A stretch of 64,000 nt of DNA. It comes from Octopus sinensis (Eukaryota). The notes below the pieces were generated by a model, which searched no databases, was not told the origin of the DNA, and saw only the letters and a list, made by a program, of their open reading frames with translations. The DNA is taken from the NCBI RefSeq assembly GCF_006345805.1, contig NC_043001.1:80166001-80230000 (forward strand), in the 5' to 3' direction. Shown here one piece after another: positions 13,757 to 27,114 of the stretch. Position numbers and translations under genes: made by a program. The number at the start of each line of letters is the position of its first letter. The first letter of the stretch is position 1.

Positions 13757-14589
13757 CGCACATACACATGCATATAGAAACCTATTTTTCAATACTACTA
13801 GTATGCATCTAGATACAAGTATATAAGTAGGTTTATGTGCGTATAAAATTTTATGGACATATGTGTGTGTATTTATGTGTATGTGTCCGTTTGTATACAA
13901 TTGCATGGACACGCGTGTGTATGCCTGTTTGTGATGATGATGTGTGTGTGTGTGTGTGTCATAATCTTTTCCTCTGCATGTGGACCTGTTCTTATACAAA
14001 TGTGCTTATGACTTCATACACGCATTCGTGTATATGAATTGAGCTTGATGTGAGATTACACATCTATGAAATTATCGTCCTTGTTAGTAATGTATGTGTT
14101 AATAACTTAGAGTGTAAATACTCTAAGAGTTAATGCTGTATATATACGGGTTAATATGTTCGTATTCATTCTACACAATGTTCAATGTGCATAATGTATG
14201 TATAGTAAGAATATTTAATAGTGTACCTGAGTGTGTGTTATGTGCATTTTAATATTTTATTTATCAACAATGTAAAATGTATATAACGTATATCTGATAA
14301 GCTTATGTATATATGTGTATGTCTTTAAATGGATGTTGTAAGTGTGTTTATTAATGGGTGTTAATATGTTTGTTAACAGCATATGTCTGTATGTCTATCT
14401 ATTTATCTATCTACACACACACACACACACACACACGTATATGTACACACATACATATATATGTAGAGAGAGAGAGAAAAAAAGAGAGACACACTATATA
14501 TACATATATATATATGTGTGTATATATACATACATATATATATATATATATATTATATATGTATATATGTATATGTATATATATGTATG

Positions 14590-14630
<41 letters not shown>

Positions 14631-15088
14631 ATGTATGCATGTGTATATATATATACACACACATAATATGGGCGTGTTTATGTGTGTCTCATTGCTTGTG
14701 TCGGTATGAATACCAAAACACATGCGCACCTTCATGATGTGTGCTTGTGTGAAGACTGTCCAATAATTTAGTGTCACTTTCAATTTTATCAAAAATGAAA
14801 TGTTATCTTCATTATCAGCTCAATTTTTCTGTCTCTTTAAAATCTTATTATTATTCTTAAATGATTGTTTCAGGTGAATTTTTTCTACATGGCGTTTATT
14901 TCATTATAAGTTATTGTGTGTATATATGTATATACACACATACACAAATATATAAATATGTGCGCCAGATATATATATATATATATATATAAGTAGACAG
15001 AAATCTAGATTGATCGATGCTGTGTGCGTGTATTATATATAAATACATGCATATATATAGACACTTACAAGCATACACATGTACATAT

Positions 15089-15120
<32 letters not shown>

Positions 15121-15153
15121 CTATATATGCGTGCACAGGTATATATATATATA

Positions 15154-16245
15154 TATCCTTCGAAACGTTTAGTAGATGAAACCTTAGCGACTGAAGAAGG
15201 GGATTTTTCGTTGTGCTTATTGTCCTGTATCTCTTTTTTTTGCTTGTCTTGTTCCTTGGTTTGTGTCTATGTTTTTCGTCTCTCTATGTGTTCGACGTCT
15301 TTTTGGTGTCCTGTACACATATATGCGTGTATATGTACATGTAGATGTAGGTACGTACATATATGTTTATATATATGCATATGTTCTTTTTATTAACATA
15401 TTATACGACTAAACGCACGCACCCTATTAAGTAAGATTGTTCTGTTTATCAAGTTAGCCTTGATATTAACTCTCACGCGACTCTGCATCTTCTTTCTTTC
15501 TCTCCCATTCCCTTTTTCGTCTTTTTTCCCTCACTTAACTTGTCTCTTCTTCTCTCTCTCCCCCTCACCGTTCTTCATGGTCTCCTCGCACCATTCCCCT
15601 TCTTCTCTCTCTTCCTCTTGCTCCTCCTCCCCCATTCCCGTCGTCCATCTGCGACGATACTTCCGCCGTAACTGCTATCCTGTCTTTTCTCGCCCGCCTT
15701 CGAAGGCTACTGGTCGACATTCTTTCTCTCTCGTCGTCCACTATAATCCAGCGTTTGCAATACTTTTTTCGTCTGGCGTTAACAGCCCTTCTTATCTTGT
15801 TCTCCTTGTCCTGTCTCTCACTGTTATATATTTATTTTTCCACTGTTTACATATATATTTTTTACTGTTTATATGTTTGTACTGTCGTTACCGTCTTGCT
15901 TTTTTTTTTTTTTTTTTTTACCCCTCTGCGAAAAGATCTCAGAATTTTAATTGATTTGCTTTTCGCAGGAAGGAAGTTTTCTTCGAAGTATACGTCTCGC
16001 TTTTATCCTTCGAAACGTTTAGTAGATGAAACCTTAGCGACTGAAGAAGGGGATTTTTCGTTGTGCTTATTGTCCTGTATCTCTTTTTTTTTGCTTGTCT
16101 TGTTCCTTGGTTTGTGTCTATGTTTTTCGTCTCTCTATGTGTTCGACGTCTTTTTGGTGTCCTGTACACATATATGCGTGTATATGTACATGTAGAGGTA
16201 GGTACGTACATATATGTTTATATATATGCATATGTTCTTTTTATT

Positions 16246-16252
<7 letters not shown>
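15154..16252 (+). mobile_element. Non-coding element with ~248-bp near-identical direct terminal repeats (period 850 bp), PLE pLTR/retrozyme-like
   Basis: 15154-15401 is almost identical to 16004-16252. Flanked by (TA)n, lacks TG..CA LTR ends, and contains GAAACGTT and CTGAAGA. Confidence 0.7.
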
Positions 16253-16290
<38 letters not shown>

Positions 16291-16639
16291 TCGCATATGC
16301 ACCTAGACAGTGCAATTTTAGTTCATCTATACGAGCTATTTCATCTCTTGGAATGCACAATGAGTCAGCAAGTAGTCGGTGCTATGACTTTATATTTTTG
16401 TGAAGTTAAAAATTAATAGTCAGACTGTACTCAAATAGAAGATCTAAAGTAAAAGAGGACAAATTTACTCCAAGTTACACTCGTGAGTATCTTGATAGTT
16501 TAGTTACTATTGACCCGAAAAGGACATGTGGGACTGAAAACAGTTTCGTATTATAGTAATATATATATAAGTATATATCCCCCTCTTCTCCTCACTACAC
16601 CACATGACTTTACACATCACATCACATATGATGTGCCAT

Positions 16640-16975
16640 ACTAATACACACACCAACTAATACATACTAATACGTACTAATACATACTAGTACATACTAA
16701 TACTTACACCAACCCTATACATACACACGTCCAGACCCCGCATACGTACTTATACTCTCTCACACACACACACACACACACCTATACATACCAATACGTA
16801 CTAATACATACTAATACATACTAATACATACACCAACCCCATACATACGCACGTCCAGACCAATCCTACGCACTAATACTCTCTCATACACACACACACA
16901 CACACACACACTTATACATACTAATACATACACCAACCCTATACATACACACATCCAGACCCCTCCCACGCACTA
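16640..16975. repeat. Compound minisatellite (tacatactaa 10-mers plus three caccaacc.tatacatac.cacgtccagacc units)
   Basis: Units seen near 16706, 16830 and 16930, directly upstream of the ribozyme-like motif at 17144. Confidence 0.85.
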
Positions 16976-17143
16976 TTAGCTGGTCCCTCAACCCTTTTAT
17001 CAACCCTATTATCTCCCCTTATTTCGCTCTCGCGTCTCATGTTTGATCTTTGACCTCTGGCCGAAATCAGATCGCCATGTTGATTCGTTAGCTACTGCAC
17101 GCATTTTTTTTCTCTCCTTCTTTCTGTGTTTTTCTCTCTCTGT

Positions 17144-17183
17144 GTATTTCTGTTGAAGAGCGTAGGCTCGAAACGTTAAAGAC
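17144..17183 (+). ncRNA. Minimal type I hammerhead-like motif with variant core (CUGUUGA)
   Basis: Stem I gtattt/aaagac (1 mismatch), core CTGTTGA plus A, stem II GAGC-GTAG-GCTC, GAAA, palindromic stem III ACGT, GUU triplet. A homologue lies at 38133. Confidence 0.55.
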
Positions 17184-17289
17184 TTGTTTTATTTATATTT
17201 CCTGAGCACCATACTAATACAATTGTTCGTTTGTTTTCCACTGCCTTCGTCTTTTGTTTATTTTCATAAAGCTTCCCGTTATATATATA

Positions 17290-17351
<62 letters not shown>

Positions 17352-17439
17352 GTGTGTGTACGTGTGTGTGTATGCATGTATATGTATGTATGTATGTATG
17401 TATGGATGTATATTTTTATATATATATTCTTTCATTCTT

Positions 17440-17900
17440 TTATTCTTATACTTGTTTCAATGATTCAAATGCGACCACTCCAGAGCATCGCCTTAAAGAG
17501 CTTTTGTTGAAGAAATCGACCCCATGATGTCTTCGTTGTAAGCCTGCACTTATTCTATCGGTCTCTTTTACCGAACCGTTAAGTTACAGGGACATGAACA
17601 CGCCAGTATCGATTGGCAAGCGATGGTTGGGTAGAGGGACAAACACAGACACACACACATAAATATATACATATATAAATACAAATAAATAAATACACAC
17701 ACACGTATAAAAATATTTGTGTATGTAATATATATATATATATATATATATATACGACGGTGTTCTTTCAGTTTCCGACTAGCAAATTCACTCACAAGCT
17801 TTTGGTCGGCCCGAGACTATAGTGGGAGATACTTTTTCAAGGTGACACGCAGTGGGACAGAGCCCGGAACTATGTCGTTGGGAAGCAAACTTCTTACTAT
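17440..17900 (-). mobile_element. SINE family B copy
   Basis: Reverse complement of the 21187-21585 type, with an internal (TA)n/(CA)n tract. Confidence 0.85.
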
Positions 17901-17959
17901 AAGCAATCTGGAACATTTCATATATTTCCGTAGCGTTCGTACGCTGTTCTACTTTAAGC

Positions 17960-19362
17960 ATAAGACCCAAAAATTTTAATGAATGGGCCAGTCGATTGGA
18001 TCATCCCCAGTTCGCAACTGGTACTTAATTCATTGAACACGAAATGTTGCAAAGCAAAGTCGACCTCGGCGGAATTTGAACTCAGAACGTAAAGACAAAC
18101 AAAATACATATTTCTTTACTAGCCACAAGGGCTAAACACAGAGGAGACAAACAAGGACAGAAAAACGGATTAAGTCGATTACACCGATCCCAGTGCGTAA
18201 ATGGTACTTAATTTATCGATCCCGAAAGGATGAAAGGCAAATTCGACCTCGGCGGAATTTGAACTCAGAACAACTGAATTTACAACTGAATCCACTTTGC
18301 CATTACTCCAGATCGTTTTATATACAAAGATTTTACGTCACACCGGTGAATTTTGATTTGACTTCGACTGAACTCGATCGCGAAATCTCTTGCTGTATTA
18401 TATGATGCTGAATATGTTATTCTACATTTAATTCGCTCTCAACTATTTAAAGAACCGTCATGCTCTTTATTTTACAATTTATAGAGTTTGATCATTTATT
18501 TTCGGTTATCCCAAGATCACTCGACAAATACATATTCATACTTTTATCTACAGGAGACACTAATAATCATTTCTCATTTTGACTCAAGAGGTAGGGAGGT
18601 CAATTACATTGATCCTAGTGCACAGCTGCTACATATTTTATTGTCTCCGAAAAGATGAAAGGCAAAGTCGATCTCGCTGGAGTCTGAACTCAGAACGTAA
18701 AGACAGACATAAATACCTATTTCTTTATTACCCACAAGGGGCTAAACACAGAGGAGACAAACAAGGACAGACATAGGTATTAAGTCGATTACATCGACCC
18801 CAGTGCGTAACTGGAACTTAATTTATCGACCCCGAAAGGATGAAAGGCAAATTCGACCTCGGCGGAATTTGAACTCACAACGTAACGCAGACATAAATAC
18901 CGCTAGGCATTCTATCCGGTGTGCTAACGTTTCTGCTATCTCATCGCCTTCCGGTTCACTAACAGTAGTATAAAATTTTGACAAAAATCCAGTAGGTTTG
19001 GTAAGGATGTAAGTCGTTTACATCGACTCCAGTGGTCAAATAGTACTTATTTTATTGCCCCCGAAAAGATAACAGGTGAAGTCGATCTCGGCGGAATTTA
19101 AACTCAGAAAGTAAAAAGATACAAAATACCTATTTCTTTACTACCCACAAGGGGTTAAACACAGATGACAAACAAGGGCAGACAAACGGATTAAGTCGCT
19201 TACATCGACCCCAGTGGTCAAATAGTACTTATTTTATTGTCCCCGAAAAGATAAAAAGTAAAGTCGATCTCGGAGGAATTTGAACTCAGAACGTAAAGAG
19301 ATACAAAATACCGCTAAGCATTTTATACGGTGTGCTAACCAATTTGCCAGCTCTCCGCCTTC
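17960..19362 (-). mobile_element. Three chimeric SINE family A stacks (about 17960-18270, 18575-18950, 18975-19362)
   Basis: Each has an old-type body joined at ...aaatac to the young tail (c/a)tatttcttta.ta.ccacaaggg. Confidence 0.85.
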
Positions 19363-19794
19363 CGGATGTCTAATAATAAATTTAATTTAATTAAGCATAA
19401 AAATAAAAAGTTTTAAGCATTTAGCGGTATTCTATTTAAAGAAATATTTTCTTCATATTCTTAAGAAGACAGGCTGACACTTGTTGTATGCTTGAGTGGT
19501 TCCGTAGAAACTAACAATGTCTTCAAAGAGCTCGGTCCTTATGAATTTGCTAATTTTAGATATCACTTTGTCAACACTTCCTGCTCGTTACGAGCTAATT
19601 GTTTGTTGAGTGACAAGGGTGAGTCTTTCTGTTTTTGCTGTATAATAACGGTTAAAGGATGAGAGACAAATGCCAACTGAACACAGCAGTGGTGTACTAT
19701 ATATAAACACTGAAGACAACAATGTAGTTGTCTCACATAACTTATTCTTTTATTCGTTTCAGTCATTTGACTGCGGTCATATATATATATATAT

Positions 19795-20004
19795 ACTTTT
19801 ATTTTTGCATCTGTTTCAGTCATTTGACTGCGCCATGCTGGAGCACCGCTTTTAGTCGAACAAATCGACTGGTTCTTTGTAAACCCAGTACTTATTCTCT
19901 CTTTCGACAAATCGCTAAGTTACAGGGACGTAAACAAACCCACATCGGTTGACAAGTGATGGCGGAAGGACAAATATACATACACACACACGTATATATA
20001 TATA

Positions 20005-20035
<31 letters not shown>

Positions 20036-20419
20036 CGACGGGCTTCTTTCAGTTTCCGTCTACCGAATCCACTCATAGGGCTTTGGTCGGCGCGAGGTTA
20101 TAGTAGAAGACACCTAGCTAAGGTGCCACGCAGTGGAACCGAACCCGGTACCATGTGGTTGGTTAAGCAAGCTACTTACCACATAGCCACTCCTGCGCCT
20201 ATATATATCATACCCAACTTATTTATCTCTTCTCCTTTCTCAGCAAAGCCTTTCGCTCTACTGTGGCCATACTGGATTACCCCAGGACTTATCTCTTAAG
20301 CCTAGTACATATTCTATCGGTCTCTTTTCTCGAACCGTAAAGTTATGGGACCGTAAACATACCAGCACCGGCTGTCAAGCGGTGATGGTGGACAAATTCA
20401 GGCACAAAGAAACACAGAT

Positions 20420-20478
<59 letters not shown>

Positions 20479-20640
20479 TTATATATACATACGACGGGAT
20501 TCCCTCAGTTTACACTCAAAAGGCTTTGATTGGCTCGAGGCTATAGCAGAAGACACTTGCCCTAGGTGCCATGGAGTGGGACTGAACCTGGAATTACGTG
20601 GTTGGGAAGCAAGCTTCTTACCACACAGGCACGTCTCTAC
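19795..20640 (-). mobile_element. Two SINE family B copies (about 19795-20200 and 20280-20640)
   Basis: Reverse complement of the family B consensus (aaggtgccacgcagtgg..gaacccgg..ccatgtggttgg). Confidence 0.85.
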
Positions 20641-21186
20641 ATAAGGTAATGTTGAGTTATTTAACACTAAAACAATTGAAGTAGCCACGATTAGAATAAA
20701 CTGGAATGTTTTTAAATGAACAGCTGCTCCATGAAGTCTGACCTGGGGCTAAACAAAAACAGCAATTGCACATAGCTCTGCAACTGTAATGTTAGTGAAT
20801 GAAATAGTGGTGTGACAATTTCTCCAGTGTTATTATTGCTTTCAGAAGTGAGTTTATATAACAATCTAGTTATTATTTATTCATATGTTAGAGAGGTGGT
20901 TGAATCACAAGCACGCCGGATAAAATGCTTTACGGCATTTTCTCCCTTTTTATGTTCTGAATTCAAATTCCGCCCAATTCCGTCGACCATCCCTTTCATC
21001 ATCCCTTTCAGGGTCGATGAAAGCAGTAACAGTTGAGCACTGGCATTGATATAATCGACTAGCCCCCTCTCAACAAAATTACAGGCCGTGTCCCCTATAG
21101 TAGAAAATAGTATTTACTCAATGACTGAAACGAATAAAAGAAAAAATAAGGTGAGACAACTACATTGTTGTCTTCTATATATAAGT

Positions 21187-21585
21187 AGGCGTGTGTGGTA
21201 AGTAGCTTGCTTACCAACCACATGGTTCCGCGTTCAGTCCCACTGCGTGGCACCTTGGGCAAGTGTCTTCTACTATAGCCTCGGGCCGACCAAAGCCTTG
21301 TGAGTGGATTTGGTAGAGGGAAACTGAAAAGAAGCCCGTCGTATATATGTATATGTATATGTTTGTGTGTGTTTTTTTGTGTCTGTGTTTGTCCCACCAA
21401 CATCGCTTGACAACCGATGCTGGTGCGTTTACGTCACCGTAACCTAGCGGTTCGGCAAAAGAGACCGATAGAATAAGTACTAGGCTTACAAAGAATAAGT
21501 CCTGGGGTCGATTTGCTCGACTACAGGCGGTGCTCCAGCATGGCCGCAGTCAAATGTCTGAAACAATTAAAAGAGTAAAGAGTAT
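21187..21585 (+). mobile_element. tRNA-derived SINE family B with CORE-like block, near full length
   Basis: A-box-like tgtgtggtaag, B-box GTTCAGTCCC, CORE-like gcaccttgggcaagtgtctt, an internal microsatellite and an aaagagt tail. More than 10 copies or fragments occur in the window. Confidence 0.9.
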
Positions 21586-23004
21586 AGGTAAATAATGTCA
21601 GATTACCAGCTGGCAGAGTCTTTAGGGCATCGGATAAATTGCTTTGCGATAATGATTGCGGCTTATTACGCTTTAAGTTCAAATCCCACCATTGATCAAC
21701 AGCCCGCTATTTCTAAATAAACATTTTAAAAGTTTTCACTGAACATAATAAATATAGCAACAGCATTTTATAATCTAATGATTATATGTGTCCCTACGAT
21801 TCTATCAAGGTGTTAAGGGCTCATGGTCTATGGCATAGTATAGCAGTGAAGTACTCAATATTTAAGAGATAGAAAACATTGCTTGATGTTGTGTTGATCC
21901 AATCTAGTATTCTAACGCTTTAACGAGTCACACCTCTAAAAGAAGATAAAGGTAAAGAATAGAAATGGAAACGAAATCAAAATTGGAAGAATAAACTAAG
22001 GTGGGGTTAGGTGGGTAGATGAAGGATAAGGATAAGATGGATAAATGGAGGACAGGGGTGAGGTCTATATATAGAAAGAAGGGCTGAGGGGGGAGATGGA
22101 AGGCAGGACTAAAGTGGGTAGGGAAAGAGAAGGGGTGTGGTAGATAAATGGAGGACAGTGGTGAGGGAGATAGATGGTGATCAGGAATGAGAGGATAAAC
22201 GGAGAGCAAGGATGAGTGGGATAGGGGGTAGGACTGAAGTGGATAGAGGGACGGCAAGGATGAGGGAGATAGATGGAGAGCATGGGTGATGGGGTTCGAT
22301 GGAGAGCAGGGATGTAGGGGATAAAGAGAGGGCAGGGATAAGATAATGGAGTTTGTAAAATCAGCAACAGAGTTGAATTGTCGAGTGATTCGTTGATATG
22401 TTTCAACAAATTGAAATTCTTCCCACGAGAAACGTTAACTGCGATAGTGAATCCTCCTATCCAAAGAAAGAGCTATCTCTCATCTGCTTAACGTAACGGA
22501 ATAACTGATATGAAACAGTCCTAAGTGCCATGGATCTTTGTAATTCCGGGAAAGGGTTAATATTTGTGTAAGATGAGAAAAATTGCTAAGGGGGGAAAAG
22601 AAGACATTAACGGGTAAGCTGGGAGGATAATTAAGAGATTGGAATGGAATAGAAGTTAAATAAATGTGAGCAAGAGAAATAAAGAAATGGGAGAAATAAA
22701 GGTAGAAAAGAAAGGAGAGAGATGGAGGGGGAAGAGGACGGAAAGTAACAAGTGAAAGCTGAAAGAACAAATTGATTCGGAGAGAATGGAAATGAGAGAT
22801 ATAGTAAGGAGAATGAAAGGTAAAAAGTAATGAAGTAGGAATGTATTAGGACAGTAGAGCGAAAAGCTTTGTTAGGATAGGTGGAGAGAGGGTGAGATAA
22901 ACGAAGAGAAAGTTGAGAGTGACAAAGATATATACAATATATCTATATATCTATATCTGTATATATAAAAACAGATAAGTGGTACAAGGAACCAATATTT
23001 ACTG

Positions 23005-23006
23005 GA

Positions 23007-23050
<44 letters not shown>

Positions 23051-23516
23051 CAGATGGCCCAGTGGTTAGGCCATTCGCGGGTTCTAATTTCAGACCGAGC
23101 GGTGTGTGTGTTTATGAACGAAACACCTAAGCTTCACGCGGCTCCGGCAGAAGGTAATGGCGAACTTCTACTGATTCTTTCGCCACAACTTTCTCTCATT
23201 CTTTCCTCCTGCATCTTGCAGCTCACCTGCGACGGACCGGCATCCCGTCCAGGTGGGAAACGTGTACGTCAAGGAAACCGGCCCTAGTATATGTGTGTGT
23301 GTGTGTTTGTATATGTGTGTGTTCGTGCGTGTGTATGTGTGTCTGTGTTTATGTCCCCTGTAACTTCGCAGTCCAACAAAAGAGACCGATGGATTAAGTA
23401 CTAGACTCACAAAGAATAAGTCCGGAAGTTGATGTCTTAGGCTACATCCATTTTAGACTGCGCTCCAGCACAGCTGCACTCAAATGGTTGAAACAAGTAA
23501 AATAATAAAAGAAAGA

Positions 23517-23583
<67 letters not shown>

Positions 23584-24049
23584 CAGATGGCCCAGTGGTT
23601 AGGCCATTCGCGGGTTCTAATTTCAGACCGAGCGGTGTGTGTGTTTATGAACGAAACACCTAAGCTTCACGCGGCTCCGGCAGAAGGTAATGGCGAACTT
23701 CTACTGATTCTTTCGCCACAACTTTCTCTCATTCTTTCCTCCTGCATCTTGCAGCTCACCTGCGACGGACCGGCATCCCGTCCAGGTGGGAAACGTGTAC
23801 GTCAAGGAAACCGGCCCTAGTATATGTGTGTGTGTGTGTTTGTATATGTGTGTGTTCGTGCGTGTGTATGTGTGTCTGTGTTTATGTCCCCTGTAACTTC
23901 GCAGTCCAACAAAAGAGACCGATGGATTAAGTACTAGACTCACAAAGAATAAGTCCGGAAGTTGATGTCTTAGGCTACATCCATTTTAGACTGCGCTCCA
24001 GCACAGCTGCACTCAAATGGTTGAAACAAGTAAAATAATAAAAGAAAGA

Positions 24050-24117
<68 letters not shown>

Positions 24118-24630
24118 CAGATGGCCCAGTGGTTAGGCCATTCGCGGGTTCTAATTTCAGACCGAGCGGTGTGTGTGTTTATGAACGAAACACCTAAGCT
24201 TCACGCGGCTCCGGCAGAAGGTAATGGCGAACTTCTACTGATTCTTTCGCCACAACTTTCTCTCATTCTTTCCTCCTGCATCTTGCAGCTCACCTGCGAC
24301 GGACCGGCATCCCGTCCAGGTGGGAAACGTGTACGTCAAGGAAACCGGCCCTAGTATATGTGTGTGTGTGTGTGTTTGTATATGTGTGTGTTCGTGCGTG
24401 TGTATGTGTGTCTGTGTTTATGTCCCCTGTAACTTTGCAGTCCAACAAAAGAGACCGATGGATTAAGTACTAGACTCACAAAGAATAAGTCCGGAAGTTG
24501 ATGTCTTAGGCTACATCCATTTTAGACTGTGCTCCAGCACAGCTGCACTCCAGCACAGCTGCACTCCAGCACAGCTGCACTCAAATGGTTGAAACAAGTA
24601 AAATAATAAAAGAAAGAATATATATATATA
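23005..24630 (+). repeat. Tandem triplication of a ~533-bp unit ((TA)n(GA)n + SINE-like head + SINE B tail)
   Basis: Identical anchors at 23054, 23587 and 24121. The third unit carries a 16-bp triplication (ctccagcacagctgca). Confidence 0.95.
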
Positions 24631-26123
24631 TATATATGTATGTACGCATACATACGTAGGTACATACATACATACATACATACAAATATACATACATACA
24701 TACATACATACATACATACATACATACATACATACATACATACATACATACATACAATAAGATAAGATCAGAAAATAAACAAAACTTGTTTGTTAATGTG
24801 TTGCTGTCAACCTTCATAAGCCAAACTATAATCAAACAGTTGTCCATCGAGTTTTTAAAAACATTATTATGATATATATTTTTTGGGGGGAGGGGGATAC
24901 TGAACATCTAGGACTTAATTCTCTAATATACCATTCTTATTGTTGTTTATTGGTATTTAACCCCAGGAAAGCTCTGATCAAGTAGATCTAAAATCAAAGG
25001 TATTTCTAGTGAGTGTCCCTTGTTTTACTCAGAAGGATCTTCTCTTTACATTTATTAAGACAATAATGTGAATTGAGAGAGGTTAGGTTGTCATTTCTAG
25101 AAAATCTAACATCCAAGTTGAGACTGTCTTGTCGGCTTGTAGCGTTGATGTTGGTGTTGCTGTTGTTTGGGGGGCGGTGGCGGTGGTGGTGGTGTTTGTG
25201 GTGTCGTTATTATTATTGTATTCCAGTACAAATTTGATCGAGAAGAATTATGATCCAATATGTTCCGGCTATGACCATTCCATCATCGTTCCATTTTTTA
25301 CTGTTATTTGAGGGAGATTTGGTTGATATTTCTAGCAGGTTGAACGACTGCGCAGAGGGTTGTTTGTTGGCTGGGCACCAAGTAGTGAAGGAGAAAGAGC
25401 AAAAGATAGATTGAATAAAAATTTCATAGATAGATAGATAGATAGATAGATAGAGGAAAATAGGGAGAGAGAGAGGGGTAGAAGGTGGAGGAAGGAAGAA
25501 AGAGAGAAAGAAATAGAGATGAAAGACTAGGCGCTATAAAAGAGTGTGATGGAGGGAGATTAATTAGAAAGATAATGAAGGGTGCCACGATGTTGGGAGA
25601 GAAAAAATGAAAAAAGAGATGAAGAAAGATAACAAGGACGTTTGAGTATTTGCAAGTGTGTATGTGTGAGAGCGAGAGAGAGACAGACAGCTAGAGAGAG
25701 CTACGTGCGTCTGTGTGTGTGAATCTGTGTGTATATTTGCATGTGTATGTGGATGGATGGTTCGATGAACTTTGGACCACCAAAACAACGGCAATGCTAA
25801 CATTTATATTTCCAGTTAACACGTCAATGGTTTATCTAAAACCATTATCTAAAACGATGTTTGTTACAGAAAAAAAAAATTCAAAAATGAAAAGCAAAAA
25901 AAAAAAACAACAACAAAAATCAACAACGATTTCATAATTTCTTTGTTTGTAAAATATCCTCATTAAAACTTTTTATTATTTTTTTCTATTTTGTATTAAT
26001 TTCGTTTTTGTTGTTGTTTTCAGTAACATTATTGTTGTTATTATTTTGATCGTTCCCTCCGTTTTCTTTCATTTTCTTTCATTTACTACATTTAATATTT
26101 CCTGATGCTATATTACTATCACA

Positions 26124-26156
<33 letters not shown>

Positions 26157-26178
26157 GTTATTATTATTATTATTATTA

Positions 26179-26214
<36 letters not shown>

Positions 26215-26564
26215 TATTATTATTATTATTATTACTATTTTCTCCTTATTTTCTTTTATTTCAACGTAGTTATTGTTATAAGTCAAATAAATCTAGGCAA
26301 CTAAAAATAATTATATTATTTAAAATAATTATACGGTCAGCTGACAACAAAAAAATACAAAGACATTTTTTTCTTTTTCCAAAAATGTTGAATCTCTTTT
26401 ATGAAATTAATTAATTCTTTAAAAATGGTTTTATTCTCTGAATTTAATGCTAATATCAATCACCTGTAGGAAGAATAAAATATCTTGAATGTAATCGATC
26501 AATTTTCGATTTTTTTCAAGCGCCACTAGTTTAGAACTTTCATAATATGTCTACTGGTGAAGAC

Positions 26565-26625
<61 letters not shown>

Positions 26626-26640
26626 ATATATATGTATATA

Positions 26641-27085
26641 AGCGCAGACGTGACTGTGCGGTAAGAAGGTTGCTTCCAAACCACATAGTTCCGGTTTCAA
26701 TCCCACTGCGTGGCACCTTCGCCAAGTGTCTTCTACTATAGCCTCGGGCCGACCAAAGCCTTGTCAGTAGATTTGGTAGACGGAAACTGAACGAAGCCCG
26801 TCTTATATATATACATATATATATATGTGTGTGCGTATGTTTGTATGTGTGTGTTTCTGTTTGTTTGTCTCCACCACCATCACCACTTGAAAACCGATGC
26901 TGGTGTGTTTATATTATCGCGACTTAGCGGTTCGGCAAAAGAACAAATGGAATAAGAAATCATGGCTTAGAAAGAATTAGTCCTGAGGTTGGTTTCTTCG
27001 ACTTTCAAAAAACGTTAAAGGCGGTGCTCCAGCATGGCCGCACTCGAATGACTGTAATAAGTAAAATCTTAAAATAATAAAAAGC
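26641..27085 (+). mobile_element. SINE family B, full length
   Basis: Colinear with 21187-21585. Confidence 0.9.
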
Positions 27086-27114
27086 ATACACACACAAATA
27101 TATATATATATATA

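Noticed and set aside
10585-19362. Recurrent near-identical blocks resembling a repeat-spacer array
   Set aside because: Irregularly spaced SINE copies in eukaryotic DNA with no unique spacers or cas genes. Not CRISPR.
21930-22920. Purine-rich region with a CAGATGA...GAAA pattern on the minus strand
   Set aside because: Possibly a repeat UTR, but I could not assign a credible core, stems or family.
22979-24354. Triplicated 77-102 aa ORF
   Set aside because: It lies in a SINE-like sequence and is repeated only because of the tandem triplication.
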